Assembly: GCA_030704615.1 (NCBI GenBank)
Contig: CM060731.1
Location: 31,434,001-31,498,000, forward strand
Direction: 5' to 3'
Origin: Takakia lepidozioides
Taxonomy: Eukaryota > Plantae > Bryophyta
Length of the DNA stretch: 64,000 nt
The translations under genes and the position numbers were made by a program. The notes under the pieces are model-generated. The model worked only from the letters and a program-made list of their open reading frames with translations, did not search any database and had not been told where the DNA came from. Shown here one piece after another: positions 51,859-64,000 of this stretch; position 1 is the stretch's first letter, and every line of letters begins with the position of its first letter.

Positions 51859-52145
51859 CAGTATTTTTATTTCTGGCGAAATTTCGCACTTTTTCGACCT
51901 CAAAAATCAAAATCGAATATTCTGTCGTAAATTCCCTATTTTCTCATGGATGAAATCGCCAAAATTCTCAAAACAAAATATAAATCTTGGATGAAATCGC
52001 CTAATATGGATGATATACATGGATGACAGTACAGAGGAGGATGATTCTGTCCAAATTTCAGTGGATGAGTAAAAAATATGGCTATTTCCTTCAAAACTCA
52101 GTAGCCACTCCTGTTCTTTTCCAAATTTGAAAAAAAAAAACACTG
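51859..52145. mobile_element. hAT-family MITE, 287 bp
   Basis: Perfect 8-bp TSD gttcctac (51851-51858 and 52146-52153). TIRs CAGTATTTTT / AAAAACACTG. Subterminal ggcgaaattt / aaatcgcc motifs. Confidence 0.9.
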
Positions 52146-52454
52146 GTTCCTACCGAATTTGCGCCAATGTTGAGTCCCTCATCGGCGCTTATTGGACGGT
52201 CAAGATACCTATAAACCGAACCCTTGCCAGTCTGTCTATAGAGTGCAGGCATTTCTACCAACCAATACTTCGGCATTGGAAAAACTCACAGAGATTATGA
52301 AGAAGGCCATGTGCTTCCTTCCTCTCCCTCTTTTTGTGGTTTTTTATTTCCCTCTTATGAACAGCTCCTCATGGAAACACACTTCCCTCTATAATTTTTT
52401 TAAAGGTGTAGAATTATACAAAGTCCGGGATTCACTCACATGTACTCTTATAAC

Positions 52455-52950
52455 TATAAATGTGAGCTGTCGCTCCCAGGTGTTTCCCTTTATTATTTTA
52501 AAATATATATAAATTAAATCTAAAGTATCAGCATTGCATCCGGGTAGTTACAAATTACCCACAATAAAGCTTAGCTTACTTAGCTTAGGTACGGTGTCCC
52601 ATGCGAAAGCCTTCCCGGCGAGGTTACTCTGAAAGAGGTCTTTTCGTTTTTTCTCCTCTCACTATAATGAAGGGGCCTGATTTGTGAGCTCCTCCCCAGG
52701 TGATTCCCTTTTAAAAACAAAATTGAAAAAAAGGCTTAGCCTTAGCATGGCGAGGTTACTCTGAAAGAGGTCCCAAAAAAAAAAAAAAAAAAAAAGGTTA
52801 TTTTTTCCTCTCACTATAATGAAGGGGCCGGAATTGTGAGCTGTCGCTCCCAGGTATTTCCCTGTGTTAAAATAAAATTGTTTAAAAAGTAAAAAGGATT
52901 CATGGCACCGGCAAGGTTATTTTTTTTCCCTCACTTGATCAAGAGGGCTC
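52455..52950. repeat. Degenerate ~130-200-bp tandem repeat, 3-4 partial copies
   Basis: Recurring blocks tgtgagctgtcgctcccagg, ggcgaggttactctgaaagaggtc and cctctcactataatgaaggggcc. Confidence 0.7.
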
Positions 52951-54423
52951 CTTAAAACAAAACCCCCAAAAAAAAACCTGAAGTAGGTAGGGAGGCGCAG
53001 GAATGGGTCAATGTCGACGCAGCGCGAACAAAGGGCGCGGACAAAGGGGGCGATTGCCCAATGGGCGCGACGCACGTGCAAGCCGTAAATAAGGGGGCCT
53101 ATTCCCATGCACCGCCACGTGGGCCCCGCCCATTTGAACGGTTGGTTAGTTTGTTAGTAGGTGCTTCCACCACGTGGCCGTGCATGGGTGGGTACGCCCA
53201 GATCTGCGAATCCGCCACGTCATCGCACGGGCGGCCATGCAGTTTCAGAAAAATTCGAAAAATAATATTACTTTAAAAATACAATATTATAAATTCAGAG
53301 TGGCATCCACGCAGAACCGGCCAGCACGACGAACCATAACGGTTACAGCAGGTGGGCCCAGAGAAGAAGAAAACAAAGAGAAGAAAGTAGAAGAAGAAGA
53401 AGGAACAAAGCATCAGCATCATAATCTGTGACAATCATTACCGCTCAGCCCATAGGCCGGCCCTCTGAATGGGGCCCTCGTTGGGCAGCTTTGTTGGCAA
53501 TCTTTCTCTGCAGATTCCAAGCTGCTGATAGAAAAGCCTGGGCATGTGGAAGACGCCCAAACATCCCCTTTTTTTAACACATATGCAACAGCCAAACCTT
53601 CCACAAAAAAAGTTATCACAGATCTCTCCCAAGCAAAAGAGGAGATGCGAAACTATACTGGGAGATTTGTGTTCACCACAATATGTACACTGCCCTTAGC
53701 ATGCTAATAATTTTCTGTGTGATGTGAACGCCTCTTGGATGATCACAGGACCACAGCAGGGGAACTTGTCCTCCAACCTGACACATGCTACAGAAATTTT
53801 ACAGCTAGACGCACACAGTGGTGGTCGAAACTGGTCGAGTAAAACAATATTAAGATAACTGTTTACCTGGATAAATGGCCCGAACACAGGTGGGTGAAGA
53901 TGGCCATATCTACAGGATGCAACTATGTCAAGCAATTCTCCACTCATGCTGTTTCGTCACACACAATCCTCCAGGTAAGGAAGTGTACTTTGGCTCTTTT
54001 ACAGAAGGAAATAGAGGGAGACACGAGAATGGCAAGGAATAGGGGCCAAGAGGTTGCTCCCTATGCAAGTCGCTGTAACTCCACCTGCCTGTACCTCTCT
54101 CTTCTCCTCTGTTGTTGATCAATGGCTGTAAGCCTTGGGGAGTCCAACCACCTGCACAAAGAAAAAGACAAAACAATGCACTTCCCACTTCATGTACATG
54201 GCTGCAGTTTAAGACTTTCAATGATCAACAAGTCATACCCTTCACTTGCTGGACAGGGCGTAACACCCACTCTAGAACAAGCATTTTGCTAAACAGTTAA
54301 GCTAAGATGTAAAACTACTACACAAATAAGCTTTGCAAGGTCCCCGACGATTTACGTGGAGATACCAGTTGTGACCAATCTTACCCGGGTGGTCCAGGTC
54401 AGTACTCGGAACCAAGGAGCACC

Positions 54424-57400
54424 TTAGTTTGTCTGTGCCTTCCCCTGGGCATGCTTGGCCTTTGTCACTCCACTGGATTGTCCAAGGTGGTGCTTCCAAT
54501 GCCACCTGGAATGTGGGATCTCAAGCATGGAAAAGTTCTCATCGCTTCGTGTGCGCCCGCATCTGACTCAATCTAGTCCATCTACTCATGATGAAGTGCT
54601 TCTACTCTTTTCGGAACTTACAACAGAGATGTTGAGGCACTCATCCTTGTGCAAAGCATTGGGCCTTTTGGGATGCATCCGGGATTCGCACTTAACTCAC
54701 ATTTGGAGAAGAGCCCCATGCATGATGCTACAACTAACCTCCCCCCAAGAGGCCAACTTTAAGGTGGAACCTTGTCACCAATGATCTCCCTGCTTCGTGG
54801 ATCGCCTTACTATCTCTTCCGTTCAATCGTATTTGTCCTGCTTGGTTGGGTTTCTCGCAAAACAACGGCAGACATGCTTTGGGCTGCTACTCATCAGTCC
54901 CAGCATTTGATTCACGGATGGTGTTTTAGGGTAGACTTGGCAGGGTCTCTTTTCTCACCATCTCGGATTTCTTTCAAAAAACCTCTATGATATTTGGGTG
55001 TTCTGTCTGATCACAAGTCTGATCAACCCAGCACCTCTAGATGATATGAAATCTTAGGTGGTTTGTCATGTGCCCGACCCATGACAATCATGAGTCAAAA
55101 ACCTCTCGCTGAAGCAGACGTAATTATGGTGTCACTTCACCCTGAAGGGCTACTACCGGCTTCTTACGAGGGTCTGATATATAACCTGAGCTTGATGGAG
55201 CTCTACAAGTCCATTTGAAGGCAACAGAAAAGATGGTCATAGATGAAAGGGTAAAATAGATGTAGGTGCTCCATGATGGTGGCAATCACGAGAAACTAGA
55301 CTATCGTGGAAGAACCAAACGGTTACCTGAAAAACTTGCAGCCCTCCTCAGTTTCTTCGTTAGTTTGCTTATTCTTCTTCACAAAAGGTAACTGGACGTT
55401 GCTGCAACTCCAGTAACGAAGACCTCGGTTTACATCACTCATCTTGTCGACTGTTTTTATCACTGCCAATCTTCTGAGCATTTTGCAATCACAGTAGGGA
55501 GCTCCTTCCTCTTCTGCCATTTCTGCAGTATGTATTTGAAAGCCATTACTAACATACATTAGAGAGCTGGTAGATTGTCGAAAAAAACTAATTGAGAGAA
55601 GATCAGACTATGCCTGTAACTTTCTTAGTCAACAAACAATATTTCAGATTCCAAGTCTGCAACATTATCTTGTTGATGTTCCATCCACAATTCTGCACAT
55701 TGGACCTTACCAAGATTGGGAAACAATTTGCTCCACACATTGTCATTTTCCTACCACACCTTCTCAAACTTTACATCTTTGAATTTTATCCATGGCAGAG
55801 AACCTTGTTGAAATTTGTGTCTGCTACATCCGTCGGTCCTTGTTATTTAGACAGGCTCTCCATGATAATGGAGCCTACAACCTCATACAGGTTAAGACAG
55901 CTTCTGTTGTATAGGAAGAGGTAATGATGACTCCCAGTAATGCATCCTGCTGCTAACTTTTCTCCTACTGATTGTTCGACCTATTACGCGAAGGTACCCA
56001 GAAATTTCTTCTGTTACATTTTGCTTTAATTCATGAGGACCCACACTCCCAAGGAACAATATGAACACCTAATTACTTCAGAGAACAACCCAGAGAATAT
56101 CACTAACCTGTGGAATTGTCAGGGCCGCTACCTCCCGGTAAACAAGAATGAAGCACATATGCATTCTTGCCCCCATCTTTTGCACTGAAATCCCTCCTTT
56201 CAAACTTTCCATCCTCAGAGTGTGTTTGGCAAGTAGACCTCTCAAGGTGCACGTCAGCTGTCAAGTGCTCCCCATCATGTTTCTCAACCTGCAACGCCCA
56301 CGCAAAGAGAATCCAGACTCAGTTACCCTCCAAAATTAGAAATGACACGCCTGAGGTCACAGCCTTGAACACTTCAAAATCAAGCTAATGAACAATCCAT
56401 CAAAAATCTGCTTCTGACACAATTGAAGCCAGATGCGCACGCCAACTACTACAAATTCCAGGAACAACAAGAATACCCATCCGAAGTTGTGGAAATAGTA
56501 CCAGCACTAATCCAAGACTTGTTACAGCTGCTACTAATGCAATTTTAATGGGGATTCTCAGAGAACCACTATAAGAGCATCTGTTGTTCTTTATTTTGAC
56601 CTGGTGATTGATTGGGAGGCTATGAGAGCCTGAGGAGGCTGATATGGCAGCATTATAACCGCTCTTTATCAATTCATCGTGTGTCTTTTCATAAAGGCAA
56701 ATGCTTTTGTTTGAAGATCGGCTCAGAAAGCTCTTCCCAACACCTGATATTTACAGGAAAAAATCACACAACATTGTACCAAGCCCTCACACCACTGCCT
56801 CGCATGCAACAATGGGGATCACCTTTCTCACATCTCTGGCAATAGTAGATCCCTCAGCACCTTCTCCAATCAAATCAAGGCTGCCTTCACATGGAGTATA
56901 CTCCATCTTGGTCTGCATGATGTCTCCCCGTTCTGCACAACCCACTTGACCTGCACTTTTCCACTTTGCCGCCCTTCTTCTATGCCCTCCTTTGCGTTTC
57001 ACCAACTTGCCCCATTTCAATTCGCCTTCTTTCTGCTCTCCCTCTTCCTCTCCATCTTTTTCCTTCCACTCCTTATGTGGACCTCCTTCTCTAGGCTCAG
57101 TAACAGCTTCTACAGCCTTCAGATCCTGCCAGCTATTCATTTGGGAAGTCTTTCTCAAAGAGGAACCCAAATTTACTCTCTGGCATTCCAGCTCACTCTG
57201 ACAGCAGTCCACCACTTCCAAATTCTTTGTCTCCACATTCTCTACAGGTAAGTCACCTTGCTCCTTCAGCTCCATCTCAACATCCCCCCCCTGCATACTT
57301 CTGTCCCAAGCAATTGTCTCCTCACAGACAGACATACTCTTAGCTCCTTGACCTAAACTGCTGTCCTGCCCATTTCCTGCATCAATTTGAATGTAGGTTT

Positions 57401-60400
57401 GATCCTTTAGCAACTGAAGATCCTCCGTACCTGAGTCACGTTGTCCAGTAAGACCATCCTGTACCCTTCCCTCTTTTGCCTCAGGAAAAAAGGCCTCACC
57501 AAGTCGCAGATCAACATTAGTCATGGTTGAATCAAGGCCATCGCCCATTTCAAACTCATACAGTTCACCCCCTGCACTTTTATCAGCAGGCTCCAAGGCA
57601 TTCAGGCTTCTTTTCAATGTTTGTGGCTTCTTTCCACCTGACCTTTCGCTCCTCCAATCCAGTGGCACATCCACCCATTGAGCATCTCCACAATCCCTGA
57701 GACTTTCCATGGCACGACTCTTCTGCTTAGCAGGAGCTGACCGAGCCCTTCTGCTGATGACAGCTGACACTAAAATGGAACCAACAGACCGAGTTTTCTT
57801 GCCAGATGCAAGTATACGGACTGAGTTCTCAAACTGCACCGAGCCAACTGCCGGAGTCTTGCCATGTACATTCTCCTTACCAGACTGTGTCACCTCCAAT
57901 TTCTCATCACTTGCAACATGGCCAGCCGCAGGAAGCAGTTCAGTCTTATCAACAACAGGCTTATCAACAACAGGAATATCACCAATAGACAGAATCAACC
58001 CCATCTTGTCAGGAGCTGCAGGTTTGTTGATAACGTCTACCAAACCAGTACGTGTAGGCTCAGTTATAGCATCTTCATTGACTGCAAACCCTTCCAGAAG
58101 CTCAATAGAGCAAGTCCTGTCACCGGTAGCAGGCTGTTCTGCAGAACTCACCCCTGCAACATCTTCAAGTGCTGGAATCTCCGCAATGGAAGCCATCCCA
58201 ACATTGTTGTTGGAAGCTTCCTGTTCAGACAATATCCTAGCTGCAGCGTCTTCATCAGATTGAACTAACTGGGTGTTTCTCTCAGCAGCAGGCTGTGGCA
58301 TGCCACTGGTAATGTGTTCGGAACCTTCCTCTGTTACGGCTCCGGCTCCCAAGGTTGGATCTTGAACCTCCAACAGGGACAGCTCTTGCTTCCTATGAAA
58401 ACAAATGATTGGAGAGTTTTCGCCAGCTTCTGGGACCAACGGTGGGTTGGGGGATGTTTCCACCCGGTGCCCTGGCTGTCCTTGAGCCATCTCTTGCTGC
58501 TCAACTTCGACCTCTCGTCCAACCCATGGGCCATCCAAAGACCATGGATCATCGGGGTCAAGATGTTCTTCAGCTGGAAATTTTGATGCATGCAGAATGA
58601 AGGGAAATGATTTTGAACCAGCAACACCACCTGTCCATGGAAACCTGGAATCTTGGCCTGCAACAGTCCCCTGTTCACAGAAAGAAGTATGAAGTGTGAC
58701 AGTGCTCAATCATCTTGTAAACTCTGCAACTGTACAATCAGAAATAAACTACAAAAGTTCTTTGTAAAAGATGAAAGGTTATGGGGAGGCATGTATTTGT
58801 GGACAATCTAAATCTCTATATGTCCTTCAACCTATTTGACAAAATCAAAGCAAGCAAGGAGTGCCCCGGGACTGGAGATGTGTGCTTGAACAACATTGGC
58901 CACGCAGCCTGCCTTTCTAAGAGCTTGAAGCTCTCCATTGAGACTGATGACGTAGTCATCAGAAATTGAAAAATGGAAGAACAAGACGAAAGAAGGCTGC
59001 AAGCCAGTGACAGAATGGGAGGCCAGTCCAAGACACCATGATAAAGTGCACCATCCAACCAAATGCATACCTCTGCGCAGTCAGAAACTGTCTTCCTCTT
59101 ATTGGCAGCAGACCTTGCAGTCCTATCACCATCGGCAAGAGGAGAGGTCTCCTCCAGTGAATGCCCCTTGAAATTTTTTCTTTTCTTGGATTGTATCCTT
59201 ATTTGTTTCACTTCAGGGAGTCTTCTGGTTGAATCTGGAGAACGTGGCTTCCTTAAAGTTTCTGCTGTGGGGGATATACTACATGTCTGTAAGTCCTTCT
59301 CTGCGATGGCCATTGCTCCTTTGACTGCCACTCTGGTGTAGCATGGAGGTAGGAAAGGCTCCACAGCGCCATAGACTGTGGAGAGGGGAAGCTCTCGCTG
59401 CTGGCGCCGTCTCCGCCTCTTCTTCTCAGGTTCAACTCCAGGGGTATCTTCAGCAGTTTCCCTTCCTCGGGCTCCGGTAGACTCTGCTACAGCAGTTACT
59501 ACCCTAGTGTTAGTCCCACATGGGACCCTGAGCTTTTGGTCCGTCGCCATCATTTTGACTCTCGTTTTAGCAACAGCTCTGATACAATGGCCACCATCCT
59601 GCTCATACAAGTGTCTTCTTGAAGGATTTTCCCCAGCTGTTAAGGCCTCTTGCGAGGGAGAGGTATTCAGAACAGTCTGCCCATGTGGAGTTCCTGGTCT
59701 GGCCGGAGTCCTTCTTGAGTAGTGACGAGCTTTTTTCTCTGCTGAATTCACTGGTGGAGTTCTGACCCCAGTCAAGGCCTCTAGATCGATACTTAAAATT
59801 TTGTCAATATCAGCTTGAAAGCTGCCTCCCTGATGTAGCCGTGGTTCTTTCTCAGGTTCCACTGTAGGATATTCTTGAATGGCCTGCCTCCCCAGTACGG
59901 TTGCTGCTACACCAGGTTCTGGAGCTCCTTTTCTAGCTGCCAATCTCGTGTAATGCTGATCTTGCATCTCAGCAGGAGACAGTGAAAGAGGTACTTCCAA
60001 TGCTACAGTCCCAGGTGCAATGCTACCTGATGGCTCTGCATTTGGGAATCCCTCTTTAGCTACAGCCTGAGTGGAGTGATGACCAATTTGCTCTTTCCCA
60101 GAGCCCACCAAGAAGCTTGTATCATGAACGTAATTCCCAGGCAAAACAGGGGATATCTGGTCCGCCTTACCAATCATGAGGCCTCTTTTGACCGCCGCCC
60201 GGGTGGCATGGTGGCTAACTTGCTCTTCCACAGAATTTGCAATGGAATTTGAACCACCAGCTAGAGCACCAGTTCTACTCTTGCGCTTCATCCCAATAGT
60301 ATTAGAGCAGTCATGCTCATGCCTTTGTTTGTGCCCATCCCTCTCTAATTCAACACTTGCTGCATCCTTTGCTGAGTGGGCAGATGGCTCTTCCATAGAC

Positions 60401-63400
60401 ACAGCTATAGCAGGCACATTACCAGTAAAATCCACTGACAAAGAGCCTACTATTCCCAACTCTGCAGCAGGAGAGGAGTTGTGGAGGCCTTGCTGATCCG
60501 GAGAACCCGTTAAAGAGCTTGCATGACCACCTGCAATCCCAATTGAGGAAGCAGGTGTGGGGACTGCCTCAGAAGTAGACAGCCCCTTCTTAGCTGCAGC
60601 CCTAGTGAAATGTAAAGAGCCCACTGAAGCAGCTATCGAGTCCCCTGGCAAAATTCTCAGGTTCTGGCCTATATCAGCATGAAAAACACCAGGCAGGTGA
60701 TGATCTGCCTGCTTCTTTCTCTTCTTATGAGATTCCACTATAGTCAATGCTGGCAAAAATCTGCCAACCTGGTCCTCTTTGGGACTCGGTAAAGAAAATG
60801 CACAACTGGCAGACCCCTCAGCAGCTTCACCAGGGAAAGGACTTTTCTGATTTGTCCCTGCATGTGATCGTCGGCTCTTAGCTGCAGCCCTGGTGGCATA
60901 AGAGCTACCCTCCTGACCAAACAGTTCCTGTTGAAGCTTCCCTCTCTCCCCTTCGTTTCTGTCCTTGTTATATCTGGGTGGATCAACCCACCTGACCATG
61001 CACATACATATTGGGCGTCAGGACTGCGGACTACTGTACAGTTAGTCTCAACTGAAAACAAGACAGACATTGCACTGATGAATGGCAACACCTCCTATGC
61101 ACCTTGCCACTGCCGAGTGCTGATTGAGTCATGTGCACCATCCCCAGGCAAAATGACCGTCTACAGACCTGGTCTACTCAAATGTGCAGCCATCAGTGCA
61201 CTTGAACCTTGATAAATTTGTCACAGAACATTACAAGGCACCAGGATGGCCTAAAGTACTTGATGGTTTGATGTTAAAGAAACAAAAGTACAACCAAAAT
61301 GAACAATGGAGCTCAGACAAGGCCCCATTTAGGCTATTTACTCAAAGAGATTGTACGGAAGTCACTTGCATCTTGGGTGGCCCCTTCCAGGGAAACTTCC
61401 ATCTCCAAAAGCATGAGTTTCATCTTCGAAGAAGAGGTTATGACAACCTCTTCCTCTCTCACCCATTAATTATCACAGTGAGCAGCATACTCCGAAAATT
61501 CCTGACTGATCAATCATCAAAAGCAGTATCACACTCAACCTAATGATATAGCTATAAAAGCAGGATCATACTTGAAGAACTTGCAACTCTGTACATCCGA
61601 ATGCTTGCGCTTGCCCTTGCTCTTGCCCTTGCGCTGAAAAAGGACAGGTTCACGGGTTGCACACATGAGGTAGCGCAGACCCCTGTTAGCACTTTTTTCT
61701 CCCACCACTCTTTCCACAGCCAGCCTCCCACACTCACAGACCACACTGTCTATGTTTCCCGTTATGGCTTCCTCTGGTGCATAGTTGTCCAGACCATCTT
61801 CTGTTGTAGCAATTTTCTTTCTGGATACTGCCGCTGCCTCAGCCAGACCTTCTGCCAACCCCTGCGCCACCTCATGTGCTACACCTTGAGCTAAAACCTC
61901 GGCTGCTTTGGTTAAGTCAACAACTGCTGCTGCCTTCCCCATCAACTGTCCAGCAGCCTCCACTGCTGAGCCATCTGTAACAATGTGACCTAGACCACAG
62001 CCAGACTCCTTCCCTTTGGTCTCAGCAATGGTCTCAGCTATACCCTCTGCCACTCCTGCTGCTATTCCAGCTGCTACAGCCTCAGCTATACTCCAATGTA
62101 CACCATTTGCAAAACACCCCAATAAATTCATTTGTAGCTCCTTGGAAATCAAATCTGCTTGCTTGCTCGGTAAACTGCAGGACTCCACCAACTCCTCCTG
62201 TACTTTCGTGGAACTGCTGGGTCGAATATCCTCTCCCCCTGGCGTCTTGGCTAAACTGTCAGATGCAACCTCTCCTGCCTTTACTAGACTGGTGGTCGCC
62301 AGTGACAATGTCTCTGACACCTTCACTAAGCTGGCAGCATTTATTAAATCCTCCCCAGCACCAGTTGGGAGACCAGGGGCCATTATCTTATCAGTAGCCA
62401 TGAATAATCCCTCACTATCACAATCCACCTCCATTTTGTCACTTTTCGCTATGTTGTGCATCGCCGCCATAGGTTCTTCTGTATCATTCATCAAGCATCA
62501 AGCTGAGACCAAAGGATGCGTTATGACCAAAGGATGGATAAGAATCCCAATGAGGGACAATAAATAGGGCTGTCAGGGGATTTGAGATATATTGTGCATT
62601 ATACCTTTGCAAAAGTCCCTGCAGCTCCACCGCACAGCAGGAGGAATGGAACCCTCAAGAAAACATGTTGAGCTACTTCGTTCCGTTGACACAAATTTTG
62701 GGTAGATTTCATTTGTCACTACTGAGCACCTCAGCTTATGTCCCAGGCTATGCAAAGATACATCTCCAGTTTCTACCTTAATTTGAGCTTCCAGATCTTT
62801 GACACTGTGAAACTCAGATCGCCCCACTGGCAGGCATGGTGAAGTCGTATCAACCCTTTGAACCATGTGACATTTTCCCCTCCATATGAGCTAATACATC
62901 ACTGATTCCAGGGTAACGCACACTACTTGGCTGCAAAATTATAAATGACAACACAGCCAAGCCCCAAGTTCTACTCCACGGTCCATACAAGAAGGGTAGA
63001 ATACTCCAGCGGTTCACTGTGTTGTCAAAACCATTCAGATTGGACTTTGGCTTATGACGGTGGATATCACAAACAAACACCCACTTATGAAGAACTTATG
63101 AACTCTCAGAATATGAACATGAACAGCACAGATGTTCATTGACCTACATGCTTGCAACCTGTATGTGACACTGAACACCGGCTTGTTGGTACGCCTAGAG
63201 CTTCCTGCATCACATCCAACACTGAACTTCTGCAATGGAACCCCACAAAAATCCTATGCCAGGAGACAGAGAGGGAGGAAAAAGAAAATTTACTACGTCC
63301 AGAGGAGCAACACGAAAATTTGCATGAAAAATATGAAAAGGTGTACCATTGAATGGAAAATCCATATCGATCAGCACAGCCCCTTCTTGGTTTGATCCGT

Positions 63401-64000
63401 CAAGGGCTTCACCCTTTGACAAACCCTTCACTTGCTCCAAGATGCTCTCTGCTACAGCTGTACTTTGCACAACTCCGGTCTGCACTACATCCCCAGCTTG
63501 CCTGGCTTCAACTTGTGTCTGCAGAGATTCAAGTCATAAAACGACTGAACTATAATAGGCTTGCCTCAGCTATTACTAATTTCACTCTTTTCAATACCTT
63601 TTGCAAGGGGGTTATACTCCACATCCCTATTAGGCCAGCATCAATACTTAGAAATCTGGAATCTCTGCCCAAAAAAAAATTGGTCTCCTTAAGCAGCAGT
63701 AGCAAATTCAGGAAAACGAAAATCCATCTTTACCAGAGGAAGATTTCTCTCGCCTTCTGCGTTTGTAATACCAGATTGAGTAACCTCCTCATCCTCTTTT
63801 CTGGCCATAACATCCAAGGTCCCAGTGACTGCTATACTTGTTCCTTCCACAACTACTTCATCTGCCACGCTCTCTGCTCCATTCAGACCATCCAGAGCTC
63901 CGTGAACATAATCAATATCACCGCCATATGTAGCATTCAAGGCGTCCAAAGCTGCGAACTCTGACACATTGCCCCAAGTGACACCTCCCTGGACAACATT
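54424..64000 (-). CDS. Very large uncharacterised protein (over 1850 aa, 5'-partial) with two GRF-type zinc fingers and a long disordered repeat-bearing linker
   Basis: Phase-consistent exons 64000-63734, 63518-63347, 62478-61572, 60991-59071, 58670-56823, 56288-56108, 55522-55327, 54505-54424. Finger 1: CECGRLA...NRGLRYLMC...CKFFK|WVD. Finger 2: CDC...NRGLRYWSC...CKFFR|W. The core exons are solid; the two 5' exons, the donor at 56823 and the terminal exon are less certain (alternative start ATG at 62491, alternative last exon at about 55202). Confidence 0.72.

Noticed and set aside
62573-63260. Extra exons of the GRF gene, or evidence that it is a pseudogene
   Set aside because: No phase-compatible chain through these ORFs was found, and a direct 63347-to-62478 splice keeps the frame, so they are treated as intronic pending cDNA.

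Overview
Eukaryotic land-plant nuclear DNA with spliceosomal introns; the protein divergence suggests a non-seed plant (inference only). Six host genes can be assembled from the sequence. (1) An intronless type-II sucrose transporter (SUT2-like, 678-2567 -). (2,3) A convergent pair of 5-exon GDSL lipase paralogues (20859-23682 +, 24817-27933 -). (4) TPLATE (10 exons, 33334-42695 -, probable GC-AG first intron). (5) Sucrose-phosphate phosphatase (8 exons, 44199-49093 -). (6) A very large, 5'-incomplete gene (54424 to beyond 64000, -) encoding two atypical GRF zinc fingers separated by about 1,300 aa of low-complexity sequence carrying a repeated H-x-T-R-A-A-A-K motif. 3.3-17.3 kb is a nested transposon island: L1-type LINE, a 700-bp TIR insert, Copia, a foldback-like MULE with a 9-bp TSD, a solo-LTR-like segment and an RTEX-like LINE relic. 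The most unusual structure is in TPLATE intron 2: six head-to-tail copies of a non-L1 LINE 3' end, each ending in a (TC)n tail. This suggests a (TC)n-microsatellite-targeting retrotransposon. One copy is a bipartite non-coding derivative with a structured 5' RNA. A tRNA-derived SINE, a hAT MITE and a long hairpin lie upstream of SPP. All exon models were assembled by eye from splice signals, reading-frame phase and recalled family motifs; no database search was run.
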